Below are positions 26,803-36,175 of a stretch of 58,342 nucleotides of DNA, one piece after another (the first letter of the stretch is position 1; each line of letters begins with the position of its first letter). The DNA is from a virus (Duplodnaviria > Caudoviricetes): positions 1 through 58,342 of the IMG/VR virus record IMGVR_UViG_3300020021_000012; one strand, written 5' to 3'. Below the pieces are notes generated by a model. That model was not told the origin of the DNA, made no database searches, and saw only the letters and a program-made list of their open reading frames with translations. A program made the translations under genes and the position numbers.

Positions 26803-28803
26803 ATGCCCCAACCCGTCCTCGCAGCCATGGAAGCCCGGCCCCGCGGCATCTCGCCCGCGGTGTCGGGTCGCGTCCGTGATCCCGAGGATCGGCGATCGCG
26901 CAACGTCGAGGACGATGAGGACGAGAACTACCTCTCTGTCCGCGAACTGCGGAACCAGTTCGAGGATTACCTGACCTCCAAGGTCGACGAGATCGAGGAG
27001 CAGAAGGATTCGCGTCGTTATTACCATGGCTCGCAGTTAACGTCCGACCAACTCCGCGTGTTGCGTGCCCGCCATCAGCCGCCGATGACCTGGAACCGTA
27101 CCGGCCGCAAGATCAACGGCATCGTTGGGTTGGTGCAGCGGATGCGCTCGGACCCGAAGGCTGAGGCGACCAGCCCCAAGAGCGAGCAGGGTGCTGAGAT
27201 CGCCACGCAGTCGGTGCGCTCGGTGCTCTCCGCCAGCGACTGGAAGTCCTTGGAGCCGTGGTGCCTGCTGCAATGCGGCATTGATGGAATTGCCGGGGTG
27301 CAGTCGGTGCTCCAGAAGGATGCCCGCGGCGATTACAAGATCAGGCTCGAATGGGTCATTGGAGACGAGTATTTCTACGACCCGAAGTCCTACCGGCAGG
27401 ATTTCACCGACAGCCGCTACGAGGGCACATCCAAGTGGATGGACGTCGACGAGGCCATAGAGCTTTGGCCCGACGACGAGGAGAAAGAGGAGCAACTCCG
27501 CAGCCTGTTCGCCGGCGACACCGACATGACCACGAACCCGGACCGGGAAATCAAGTGGATCATCACGTCGAGCAAGCGCATCCGGTTGGTGCAGCACTGG
27601 TACAAGAAAAAGGGCAAATGGCGGTGGGCGTTCTACGTCGCCAACACCCTGATCGACCAGGGCACCTCGCCGTTCTTCGATGAGGACGGCAACAGCGCCT
27701 CGTCATTCGATATGTTCGCCGCTGCGGTGGATCATGACGGCGACCGCTACAGCTTCGTACGAAATCTGAAAGGCCCGCAGGACGCCCTGAACCAGGGCAA
27801 GTCCAAGATGCTGCATCTGGCCAATACCAAGCTGGTGCGCTCCGAGAAGGGTGCGGTCGATGATGTCGAGACGGCGCGGCGCGAGGTGGCGCGGCCGGAC
27901 GGCTGGGTCGAAACCAACCCGGGCCGGGTATTCGAGCTCGTCGACACCAAAATGGACCTCGCCGCCTTCACCCAGTTCACCGAGGATGCCAAGGCCGAGC
28001 TCGACGCCTACGCCAACAGCAATCTGGCCTCGCTCAACGGCACCGCGATCACGCAGATTTCCGGGCGGGCGATCGAACTGCTGCGGCAGCCTGGCATGGC
28101 CGAACTTGGCCCGTTTATCCTGGCTCAAAGGGCATGGAAGCTCCGGGTGTTCCGCAAGATTTGGAACGCGGTCAGCCGCTACTGGACCAAGGAGCGGTGG
28201 ATCAGGGTCAACAGCGACGATGCCAAGCTGGCCCAATGGCTGCAGGTCAATGGCCTCGGCCTCGATCAGTACGGCCTGCCGGCGATCATCAACGCGGTCG
28301 GGGCGCTCGACGTCAATATTGTGCTTGAGGAAGGCCGCGACGTCGCCTCCGTGATGGAAGACATCCAGGACCAGTTCAAGGGCTATCCGCCGGGCACCTT
28401 CCCGCCGCAGGTCTTGGTCGAGTTCTCGACCCTGCCGCGGTCGGAGAAGGACAAGTTCATGCAGATGATGGCGCCGAAGCCGCCTCAGCAGGACCCGGCA
28501 GCCGAGCTTATGAAGAAGCTCCAGCTCGAGGGCTTGGCCGGCGAGGTCGCTCACACGGCCGCGAAGACCGCCAAGGACACCGCGTCGGTCCAGCAGATTC
28601 TGGCCACCGCCGAAGAGAAGCGCGCCAAGGCCGCCACCGAGAGCATCAGGCCTGCCCACATGGCGCACGGTGCGGAGATCGATGCCGCAACCTTCGCCCG
28701 AGATACGCTCGCCCAGGCCCATCAGATCGCCACGGCGGGGCAGCAGCAGCCACAGCAAGCCTCACCGCAGAAACCGCCGGCACAGTTCCCGCTGCCGTTC
28801 TGA
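26803..28803 (+). CDS. Portal protein (P22-like)
   Basis: 666 aa; RRYYHGSQ...N, YDP.S..DF.DSRY, NKGKS-like NQGKSK, SGRAI; C-terminal coiled coil. Confidence 0.88.
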   Translation: MPQPVLAAMEARPRGISPAVSGRVRDPEDRRSRNVEDDEDENYLSVRELRNQFEDYLTSKVDEIEEQKDSRRYYHGSQLTSDQLRVLRARHQPPMTWNRTGRKINGIVGLVQRMRSDPKAEATSPKSEQGAEIATQSVRSVLSASDWKSLEPWCLLQCGIDGIAGVQSVLQKDARGDYKIRLEWVIGDEYFYDPKSYRQDFTDSRYEGTSKWMDVDEAIELWPDDEEKEEQLRSLFAGDTDMTTNPDREIKWIITSSKRIRLVQHWYKKKGKWRWAFYVANTLIDQGTSPFFDEDGNSASSFDMFAAAVDHDGDRYSFVRNLKGPQDALNQGKSKMLHLANTKLVRSEKGAVDDVETARREVARPDGWVETNPGRVFELVDTKMDLAAFTQFTEDAKAELDAYANSNLASLNGTAITQISGRAIELLRQPGMAELGPFILAQRAWKLRVFRKIWNAVSRYWTKERWIRVNSDDAKLAQWLQVNGLGLDQYGLPAIINAVGALDVNIVLEEGRDVASVMEDIQDQFKGYPPGTFPPQVLVEFSTLPRSEKDKFMQMMAPKPPQQDPAAELMKKLQLEGLAGEVAHTAAKTAKDTASVQQILATAEEKRAKAATESIRPAHMAHGAEIDAATFARDTLAQAHQIATAGQQQPQQASPQKPPAQFPLPF

Positions 28804-28815
28804 GGACATCAACCA

Positions 28816-28938
28816 ATGTGGAAGATTCTGGGGTGGATAGCCCTCGGAATAGCGATTGGCTTTGCGATCGACGATGCGGCGCTTCACGTCGCTGGAACGT
28901 CATTCACTCAGCTTGCCGCGCAGATGAAGGGGTCATGA
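28816..28938 (+). CDS. Single-TM micropeptide (40 aa)
   Basis: MWKILGWIALGIAIGFAIDD...; GAGGA RBS; ATGA-coupled. Confidence 0.55.
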   Translation: MWKILGWIALGIAIGFAIDDAALHVAGTSFTQLAAQMKGS

Positions 28939-29420
28939 CCATGAGCAGATTCCCTGAATCGAACTACGACCGCAAGCGGCGGATGACGACGCGGTTTGCG
29001 CTGGCGGTATGCGGCGCAGCGCTGCTGGGGTTCATCGCCATTGCGGTGGCAAGCTCGGGAGCGAAGGCGCAGTCGATACCGTCAAAATATCTAAGCACGG
29101 CATCGACCAATTCGACATTGGTAAAGGTGTCAGAAGCACACCTGTCGATCATCGTCGCAGTCAATACCACGACGACGGTCTATTACCTCAAGTTCTACAA
29201 CAAGGCCGTTGCGCCGACATGCAACACGGACCCCGTCCTGTTTATGGTTCCGATCCCGTTTGGCGCGAGCAATGCGGGCGGTGGCGCGGTCATCCCGATC
29301 GCCGATCCGGGCGGCTTGTATTTTCAGCAAGGTCTCGGCTTCTGCATCACCAGCGGCAGCGCCGATAGCGACAACGGAAATGCGGCGACCGGCGTGACCG
29401 TGAGCCTGGGCGTCAAATGA
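28935..29420 (+). CDS. Signal-peptide-bearing beta-rich virion-type protein
   Basis: Basic n-region, hydrophobic h-region, AKA|Q; 2 mature Cys. Confidence 0.75.
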   Translation: MTMSRFPESNYDRKRRMTTRFALAVCGAALLGFIAIAVASSGAKAQSIPSKYLSTASTNSTLVKVSEAHLSIIVAVNTTTTVYYLKFYNKAVAPTCNTDPVLFMVPIPFGASNAGGGAVIPIADPGGLYFQQGLGFCITSGSADSDNGNAATGVTVSLGVK

Positions 29421-29614
29421 TCCGGGTCGTCATCGTAGCGCTGGCGATGTGCGCGATGTTCGCACTGAGCGCCAGCGCACAGTTGCCGATGATGGGCTAC
29501 GGGCCGGGGAACTTTGCGGGCTCAGGCGGGGGCGGTAGCGCCTGTGCTGCCGGACAGCTCGATTTCTCCGATCCCACAGGATGCAACCTCACGCTCTACA
29601 TGGTGGGATTATGA
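29417..29614 (+). CDS. Small secreted protein
   Basis: MIRVVIVALAMCAMFALSASA|Q; 2 mature Cys. Confidence 0.7.
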   Translation: MIRVVIVALAMCAMFALSASAQLPMMGYGPGNFAGSGGGGSACAAGQLDFSDPTGCNLTLYMVGL

Positions 29615-29871
29615 GATTCAAATTCTGGTGGAGCATCTTCGTCTGCCTATCGGCAGTGCCGGCACAGGCCGCCGAGCGGGCCCTGATGTTCGACGACAAC
29701 GACGTCAAGGTGCTGACGCAGATCCTCGACGCTGCGACCCGCTCGGGTGGCATCCAGATCGCCCCGGCGACGGTCTACATCCTGGACAAGCTCAACAAGG
29801 CGCCGGTCGTGACCGAACGCAAGGACGCTGATCCCGCTGCCGCCGAGAAGCCGAAGGAGCCCGGGCAATGA
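29611..29871 (+). CDS. Small secreted protein
   Basis: MRFKFWWSIFVCLSAVPAQA|A; ATGA-coupled on both sides. Confidence 0.7.
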   Translation: MRFKFWWSIFVCLSAVPAQAAERALMFDDNDVKVLTQILDAATRSGGIQIAPATVYILDKLNKAPVVTERKDADPAAAEKPKEPGQ

Positions 29872-30815
29872 AGATGCTTCGATCCGTTGCAGTCGGGCTT
29901 GCGCTCTCCTGGTTGATGTCGGGCTGGGCCTTTGCCGGCACCAGCACGATCACCACCAAGGATGCATCCGGAACGACTAAGACGTTCGATGTCATCACCG
30001 ATGGCTCCGGCAACTTCGGGGCGATGATCGGAGTCTGTGACGGGACGGCGCTGGCGCAATGTGCGGCGGTCAAGGCCGCGAGCACGGCGGCGGTAGCGAC
30101 TGATCCATCATTGGTGGTCAGGATTAATCCCGGCGATGCGGTAGCGACCGGTATCGCCACGATCGCCACCAACAGCGCGGCGCCGAGCCCGTGCCTCGCG
30201 GCGACTGCCTTCAACACCAACTCCTACTCCAATGCGGCAACCGCCCCGTCGAATTGCGACCTGAACGGCGGCTTCTACGTCCATCCGCCAGCGAACCAAA
30301 CCGTCAACGTGACGCAGGTCGGCGGCGCGACGCTAGCTCTCGGCCAGACGACGATGTCGGCCGGAATTCCGGTGGCTTTAGCCAGCAACCAATCCTCAAT
30401 TCCGGTCGCGGCGACGCTGAGCGCGGAGACGACGAAGGTCATCGGGACGGTCAACGAATCGAGCCAATATCCCGCCGGTGCAACGGCGATCACGGCCTCG
30501 GCGACCGGAACCACGGGCGCGACGACCGCGACACTCGCGGGAACATCGGGAAAAACGACGTACATCTGCAGCTATTCGATCCGCGCCAATGCGACAGCTG
30601 CGACGACGGTCACCAACACCGTCACTGGAGTGATCACGGCAACCTTGAGCCATATCATGTGGGTGGCTCCTGCTGCCTCTGGCGTCGGCCTCGATGAGCA
30701 GATTTTTTCGCCCTGCGTTCCAGCCAGCGCAACCAATACCGGAATCGCGGTCGTATCCGGCGCCCCTGGAACGGGCGGAAATGTGAGCTCTACTGCGACG
30801 GGCTACCAACTGTGA
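29868..30815 (+). CDS. Secreted Thr/Ala/Ser-rich fibre-like protein
   Basis: MKMLRSVAVGLALSWLMSGWAFA|G; 6 Cys in three near pairs. Confidence 0.8.
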   Translation: MKMLRSVAVGLALSWLMSGWAFAGTSTITTKDASGTTKTFDVITDGSGNFGAMIGVCDGTALAQCAAVKAASTAAVATDPSLVVRINPGDAVATGIATIATNSAAPSPCLAATAFNTNSYSNAATAPSNCDLNGGFYVHPPANQTVNVTQVGGATLALGQTTMSAGIPVALASNQSSIPVAATLSAETTKVIGTVNESSQYPAGATAITASATGTTGATTATLAGTSGKTTYICSYSIRANATAATTVTNTVTGVITATLSHIMWVAPAASGVGLDEQIFSPCVPASATNTGIAVVSGAPGTGGNVSSTATGYQL

Positions 30816-31729
30816 GACCCTTCGCCCGCTGGCTCTTTGCTCTAGCCGCGATACTCTGCGTCTTCTCGACAGGGGCGAAGCCGTATTGGCAATCGCGGCT
30901 GCAGGTCAGTATCGCCAGTTCGGTTGGATGTTCTCAGGCAACCACATTTCTGGCTCGCACATCTGGGTTGGATGCTACTCATCAAAGTGCCTATACAACG
31001 TTCATTTGCAACTTGGTTGCCCAGGGCGTCTGGGCGAAGATGGATATCGTTTATGTCTTCGCGACTGCGGACACAACAACTGCTGGGCTTAATCTCGTTT
31101 CCACGTCATTCACCGGCGCGACTGCAGGCTCCCCGACATTTACTGCCGATGCGGGATATACTGGAGTAAACGCCTCCACAACGGTTTTTTTCAATAGCAC
31201 ATTTAACCCAACGACAGCGACGACTCCGCAATTCACTCAGAATTCATCTCACGTTTCAGCGTGGAGCAATACAAACGCAGCGGCGGTTTCAAACGGCGGC
31301 GTGGTAGTCGGACTTGGATCAGGCGCAGGACTTGCTGCACCTAATACCAGCCTATTCCCAAAATTCAACGACGGGAAGGCATATTATCGTATTAACGACG
31401 GCTCAAGCTCCGCCGGTGTGACAAATGCAAATTCGACTGGCCATTATTTGGCCAACAGATCGGGCGCCTCTACGCAGCAGGGGTACAAAAATGCCGTAGA
31501 TCAAGGCGTTGTGTCTCAGACATCAGGCACCCCGGCCAATGGGCCCATGTATATTTTAGCTGTTGATGATGTCATAACTGGAGTCCCAAACCCCGCGTTT
31601 GGTGCCGGGTATCAGGTCATGATGGCAACAATTGGCGGTAGCTTGTCTGCCGGAGACGTTACAAATCTGTGTCATGAGACAAATACCTATTTGAACACAA
31701 TAGGTGGCATATCTTCTGGGATATGCTAG
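30812..31729 (+). CDS. Secreted protein, putative lectin/beta-sandwich virion accessory
   Basis: N-terminal signal peptide; GVWAKMDIVYVFA motif; 4 mature Cys; visibly more AT-rich. Confidence 0.7.
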   Translation: MRPFARWLFALAAILCVFSTGAKPYWQSRLQVSIASSVGCSQATTFLARTSGLDATHQSAYTTFICNLVAQGVWAKMDIVYVFATADTTTAGLNLVSTSFTGATAGSPTFTADAGYTGVNASTTVFFNSTFNPTTATTPQFTQNSSHVSAWSNTNAAAVSNGGVVVGLGSGAGLAAPNTSLFPKFNDGKAYYRINDGSSSAGVTNANSTGHYLANRSGASTQQGYKNAVDQGVVSQTSGTPANGPMYILAVDDVITGVPNPAFGAGYQVMMATIGGSLSAGDVTNLCHETNTYLNTIGGISSGIC

Positions 31730-34700
31730 ATGTCTCTATGTCGTAGAGAGTTTTTAGCGTCCGTAGCTGCAATCACGCTCATTGGTTCGACAGCGGCACT
31801 TGCGCGCTTCCCGCACGGCGATCCAAACACATCTCCGCCGACAGTGCCGTTCTTCGTCGAAGTGACGATGACGGCACCGGACATAATTCGGCTGGAGATA
31901 CGCGATCCGATCATCCAGCGCGGGCTCTTCCAGCAGCTCGGGACGCCTGACGCCGCTGCCGCTGGCAGTTGGACGACACGGACACACCCCATCACGGGGG
32001 CAAGCACAGCGTGCTTCATCGGTGGTTTTAACCAGAACTTCGCACGCTTCACCGACGTGCTGTTTCCGAACTACTACAATCGTGCTGCTGGTGATGTCGC
32101 CGCCGACTGGTCGATTACGGGCGGCCTCACAGTCACGAATGTCTACCGGTTCTCGTGGCCCTACTGTGAGGGCATCGTTAATACTGGCGGCCAAACGACC
32201 GCGAACCAGACGACATTCCGGCATTACATCTGGCTCAAGGTTAGTTCTGCCCTGGTCTCTGGAACGAACTACGTCATCACGCCGCCGGCCGGCGTGTCGC
32301 TTGTACCCATCTCGTTCCCATTCAACGATAAGGTCACTCGGGCGTCGAGCATCGTTGCGAACCAGGTCGGCATCTCGCAAACCGATGACCTCAAGCTCGC
32401 ATACCTGACAGAGTTTATCCCAGGTCTCGGCCCCGTCAATTTTGCATCGACCTACGGCATCAGCAGCTTCAACATCCTCGATAGCGCTGGGAATGTCGCC
32501 TACAACACTGGGACCTTCGCGCAGCGGGTAACGCCTTCGACGACCGAGACCAGCGGCGGCGCGATCCGCTACTACATAGACACGACTGTTGCGCCGAAGA
32601 AGTTCGACCAGATCACGAATGCAAGCCCAGGAGTCATAAGGTCTATTGCTCACGGGTATTCCGGCGGAGAGATTATCTTCATTGTCGGCGCTGGCATCTC
32701 CGGGGGAGGGATAGTCAGCAACCCATCGCTTTGCGATACTCCGCTGACGGTCGTTCTCGTCGATGCCGATCACTTTTCTCTGACGGGGACGATTGCAACA
32801 AATAGTCCTGTCGGCAGCGCGATCAATACGCCGTCGATGACAACCTATGTTCCGGGAACGTTCATCGCGACTGGAAACTCATTCAATTCGGGCTATGACA
32901 GCCTGATCTACTCTGCCTATCCCTCCAACCGCGCCGGAACCTACGTCTACGGCCTCGACGCGAGCACTGCTACTGGACTAGCGGACGGCAGCTACTGCTA
33001 CCAAATTCCAGGGCTTGGCATCTCTGACTATTTCCCCGTGAACGCCAACGCATGGCTATCGGCCGCGACGACATGGGCGCAGGGCTATTACCATCAAACG
33101 TCCGGGATCGCGATTGACGGTCGGTTTGGCTATGCTCGTGGTCCAGCTCAAGTTGACGGCTTCGACGGGACGCAGCTTTTCCTTAGTCTATTGCCGATGG
33201 GTTTCACGTCTGAAGACGGCGGCTACAATGGCGGGAATGCCCTGGATCAGGGGCTATCTGGACTTGCTCCCTTCCTAACGGCAACGCGCGGTCCTGCTGG
33301 TTTGTTTGGCACCTTCCATGATGCCGGTGACTGGTGCTCGGTTCTTTACTACCACGCCGACGCGCCATGGGGTCTGCTCGATAGTGGCTACGAGTACATC
33401 CCGACAGCCGGCCATGCCACCAATTTCAATTTTCCGAAGATGTCGCAGACGTGGGGCCAGACCTACGCAGGGACCGACAGCCTGTCCGATGTCATTCACA
33501 TGGCGGTCTACTTCGCCGAGTTCTACCGGCTCGCCCAGAACGCATTCGGTGCGGTGCCCTCTGGAACGTCATTTGGGCAGTCCGGTTTCGGCGATGGCGG
33601 CGCGACTGAAACCGCGCCAAGCCCGGCGAACTATAAGGTGTGGGTGCTGAACGCCCCGGATCATCCGTCGACATATCTCTTTGCTGTCGTTGCCGCGAAG
33701 CTCGCGGTTGTGTTTTGGAATTTGGGGTTCACGACGCTCGGTAATCTGTGGGCGACCTCAGCCGAGAGTGCGTGGACCTGGGCGGAAGGTGTCTACACCG
33801 GCCTTCAGTCCGATACAAATTTCTACTACAACACGACCACTTATAACGGCGTCGCGCTTGGTCTTCAGGCCAACGCCAGTTGGTCTGGGGCGCAGTATTT
33901 GACGGCGCTCGGGACTTTCAGTGCCGGCACACCTTTGTCCTCAACTGGCATGATGAAATTTGGTGCGCAGCAGAGGTTCAATGCTGCGGGTGCATTGTTC
34001 CGAATGGCTGGCGTCGTTGGCCGTTCACAAGTAGCTTATGATGCGGTGGTGCATGCGTTCGGCGTTACCGGACTCCAGAACTCTTCCTGCACGCTTGGTA
34101 CTTGGGAGTACAGCCACGGTGCAGGATTCGACGCTGCGCTCTATGCCAGTGCGAACGGTAACAATATTTTCATCAACCCCATGAACACCGCCTCGACGGC
34201 GTCAGAGGCTACGAATGCCTACCGCACCTACAATGGCGGCATCGGTACGGGCGTTAATATCGATCAGGCGATTCACGGATACGTTCTCAGCAGCGCAAGC
34301 CCGACGAACCAAGCGCGTCTGCGCCGTCAGCTTCAGGGGCAACTGAGCGTCACGCTCGGCGCCAATCCGACCGGGCTCTGCTACTCCAGCAACTCAGGGA
34401 AACGCAGCACGCTCGGTATCCTGCATCGCGACTGGCAAGGGATGGGAAGCGGGTGCCCGCAGCCGACCGGATATACCGGCTATACCTGGGCTGGGACTAC
34501 ATATGCATTCGGCGTCTTCAACTTCAGTTCGGACTCGCCGCAAAACTTCACGGTGGAAAACCCGACCGGACTGTTTTCATCGACATTTGGCGTCAACCGC
34601 ATCGTCTACCCGCACAAATGCGCTGTTCCGATGTGGCGAGCGGTCCCGGAGGTCAGCTACTGCGTTCAGTTCATGGAGGGCACGACATGGCAGACGATCG

Positions 34701-34747
34701 TGCCTAACCTGCTGGCGGCGATGTGGCTGAATTACTGGAATAAGTGA
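31730..34747 (+). CDS. Tat-signal GH9 (cellulase-like) glycoside hydrolase with Ig-like and E1-FCCH-like domains
   Basis: CRREFL Tat motif; NQVG, YYHQTSG, FHDAGDW, LGANP...Y, LHR, C-terminal EGTTWQT; ITNASPGV...HG insert. Confidence 0.75.
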   Translation: MSLCRREFLASVAAITLIGSTAALARFPHGDPNTSPPTVPFFVEVTMTAPDIIRLEIRDPIIQRGLFQQLGTPDAAAAGSWTTRTHPITGASTACFIGGFNQNFARFTDVLFPNYYNRAAGDVAADWSITGGLTVTNVYRFSWPYCEGIVNTGGQTTANQTTFRHYIWLKVSSALVSGTNYVITPPAGVSLVPISFPFNDKVTRASSIVANQVGISQTDDLKLAYLTEFIPGLGPVNFASTYGISSFNILDSAGNVAYNTGTFAQRVTPSTTETSGGAIRYYIDTTVAPKKFDQITNASPGVIRSIAHGYSGGEIIFIVGAGISGGGIVSNPSLCDTPLTVVLVDADHFSLTGTIATNSPVGSAINTPSMTTYVPGTFIATGNSFNSGYDSLIYSAYPSNRAGTYVYGLDASTATGLADGSYCYQIPGLGISDYFPVNANAWLSAATTWAQGYYHQTSGIAIDGRFGYARGPAQVDGFDGTQLFLSLLPMGFTSEDGGYNGGNALDQGLSGLAPFLTATRGPAGLFGTFHDAGDWCSVLYYHADAPWGLLDSGYEYIPTAGHATNFNFPKMSQTWGQTYAGTDSLSDVIHMAVYFAEFYRLAQNAFGAVPSGTSFGQSGFGDGGATETAPSPANYKVWVLNAPDHPSTYLFAVVAAKLAVVFWNLGFTTLGNLWATSAESAWTWAEGVYTGLQSDTNFYYNTTTYNGVALGLQANASWSGAQYLTALGTFSAGTPLSSTGMMKFGAQQRFNAAGALFRMAGVVGRSQVAYDAVVHAFGVTGLQNSSCTLGTWEYSHGAGFDAALYASANGNNIFINPMNTASTASEATNAYRTYNGGIGTGVNIDQAIHGYVLSSASPTNQARLRRQLQGQLSVTLGANPTGLCYSSNSGKRSTLGILHRDWQGMGSGCPQPTGYTGYTWAGTTYAFGVFNFSSDSPQNFTVENPTGLFSSTFGVNRIVYPHKCAVPMWRAVPEVSYCVQFMEGTTWQTIVPNLLAAMWLNYWNK

Positions 34748-34804
34748 GGTTTCCTCCCACACCCTCCCCACCACTACAAGTGGGTAGAGGCCACCTTTTC
34801 GTCC

Positions 34805-34945
34805 GCAGCCACGATACGGCCGCGCGGGTTCTCAAGGTCCCCGCTCCACAATGACCCGCCGCAGGCGACCGCGATACGGCGCAGCGTCCAATCCCGGCCC
34901 CGACGCACCATCAGGCGGGCTGCCGTCCTCACGACGATACCGTGA
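34805..34945 (+). repeat. Three hairpins sharing loop RCGATAC at ~60-nt spacing in the scaffold leader
   Basis: Loops at 34811, 34871 and 34934 on different, self-complementary stems. Confidence 0.75.
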
Positions 34946-34967
34946 ACACTGAAAGGTTTGCCAAATC

Positions 34968-36074
34968 ATGGGTGCTATGCAGGACCGAGAAGCGGAAATC
35001 CTGAGCCAGGCGATCACCGATACCAACAAGGAGATCGCCAACGCGGCTTGGGGTGACGAGGAAGATATTGTCCAGGATGAGACCGGCGACCGCAGCCTTG
35101 AGGCGACGGGAGACGGGCTTGAAGGCCAGCACGAGCCGGAAGACGCCGAGACCGAATCCGAAGAGGAAGAGGGCGAGGAGTCTGAAGGCGAAGAAGGCCA
35201 GGACGATAAGGGCAAAATTGCCGCCAAGGATGCCGATGGCAAGGACGCTGCGGGGAAGCCCGACGCGACCGATGCTGGAGCGGACAATGCGGCACAGGGC
35301 GATGCCAACGGCAAGGTGCCATCCGGCCGGCTGCGTGAGCAGACCGAACGGGCGAAGGCGCTGGAGACCGAACGCGACACCCTGAAGGCCGAGCTCGAAA
35401 CCTTGCGCACGGGTTCGCGCAAGGAGGTCGATGAGCTGAAGGCGAGGTTTGATGGTGTCCTGCAAGCGTTGCAGCGCCAGCAGCCGCAGCCCAAGGCCGC
35501 CGAGCAGGCCAAGGCCCCCGATTTCCCCGATCCGCTCGAGGACCCTGTTGGTTTCCGCAAGGCGATGAACGACCAGCTCGAAGGCCGTCTTGCCCAAGTC
35601 CAAAACCAGATCATCACGGACCGGATCGAAGACAGCATGCAAGCTGCCGCCGATCGGCACAAGGAGACGTTCACGCAGGCCTACGACGCCGTAGGCAAGC
35701 TCAACCGCAATAATCCTGCGGATCAAGCGACTGTGCGAGCCATCTGGAATGCCCGCAATCCCGGCGAGGCCTTGGTGAAATGGCATCGCGATCAGCAAAC
35801 CTTGCGCGAGGTCGGCGAAGACCCGGCCAAGTACAAGGAGCGGATCGCCTCGGAAACCCGTGAAGCCCTGATGAAAGACCCGGAGTTCCGCAAGCAGCTC
35901 ATCGAGAGCCTGCAGGCGGATGCGACCGGGGACGATGGCAGACCCATGCGTACCATCACCCGCCTGCCCCCGAATATGTCCCGTGCCGCCGGTGGAAATT
36001 CCACCCGTGGCGACGCGGACATGGTGAGCAACGATGGCTCGCCGCAGGCTGTCGCAGACGCTGCCTGGCGCTGA
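34968..36074 (+). CDS. Capsid scaffolding protein
   Basis: Acidic N-terminus, VP..RL.E coiled coil, PDP.EDP; directly before the capsid gene. Confidence 0.8.
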   Translation: MGAMQDREAEILSQAITDTNKEIANAAWGDEEDIVQDETGDRSLEATGDGLEGQHEPEDAETESEEEEGEESEGEEGQDDKGKIAAKDADGKDAAGKPDATDAGADNAAQGDANGKVPSGRLREQTERAKALETERDTLKAELETLRTGSRKEVDELKARFDGVLQALQRQQPQPKAAEQAKAPDFPDPLEDPVGFRKAMNDQLEGRLAQVQNQIITDRIEDSMQAAADRHKETFTQAYDAVGKLNRNNPADQATVRAIWNARNPGEALVKWHRDQQTLREVGEDPAKYKERIASETREALMKDPEFRKQLIESLQADATGDDGRPMRTITRLPPNMSRAAGGNSTRGDADMVSNDGSPQAVADAAWR

Positions 36075-36175
36075 TCTACCCGCAATCTTGAACGGCTGTT
36101 CTCGCGTGCGCTCGATGTGAGCGGACGCGATCATGCGCGATTTCGGCGCCGGCGATCCTAGGAAAGATCACGGCA

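Noticed and set aside
34805-34945. Mini CRISPR array
   Set aside because: Only the 7-nt loop is conserved, stems differ, there are three units and no cas genes.
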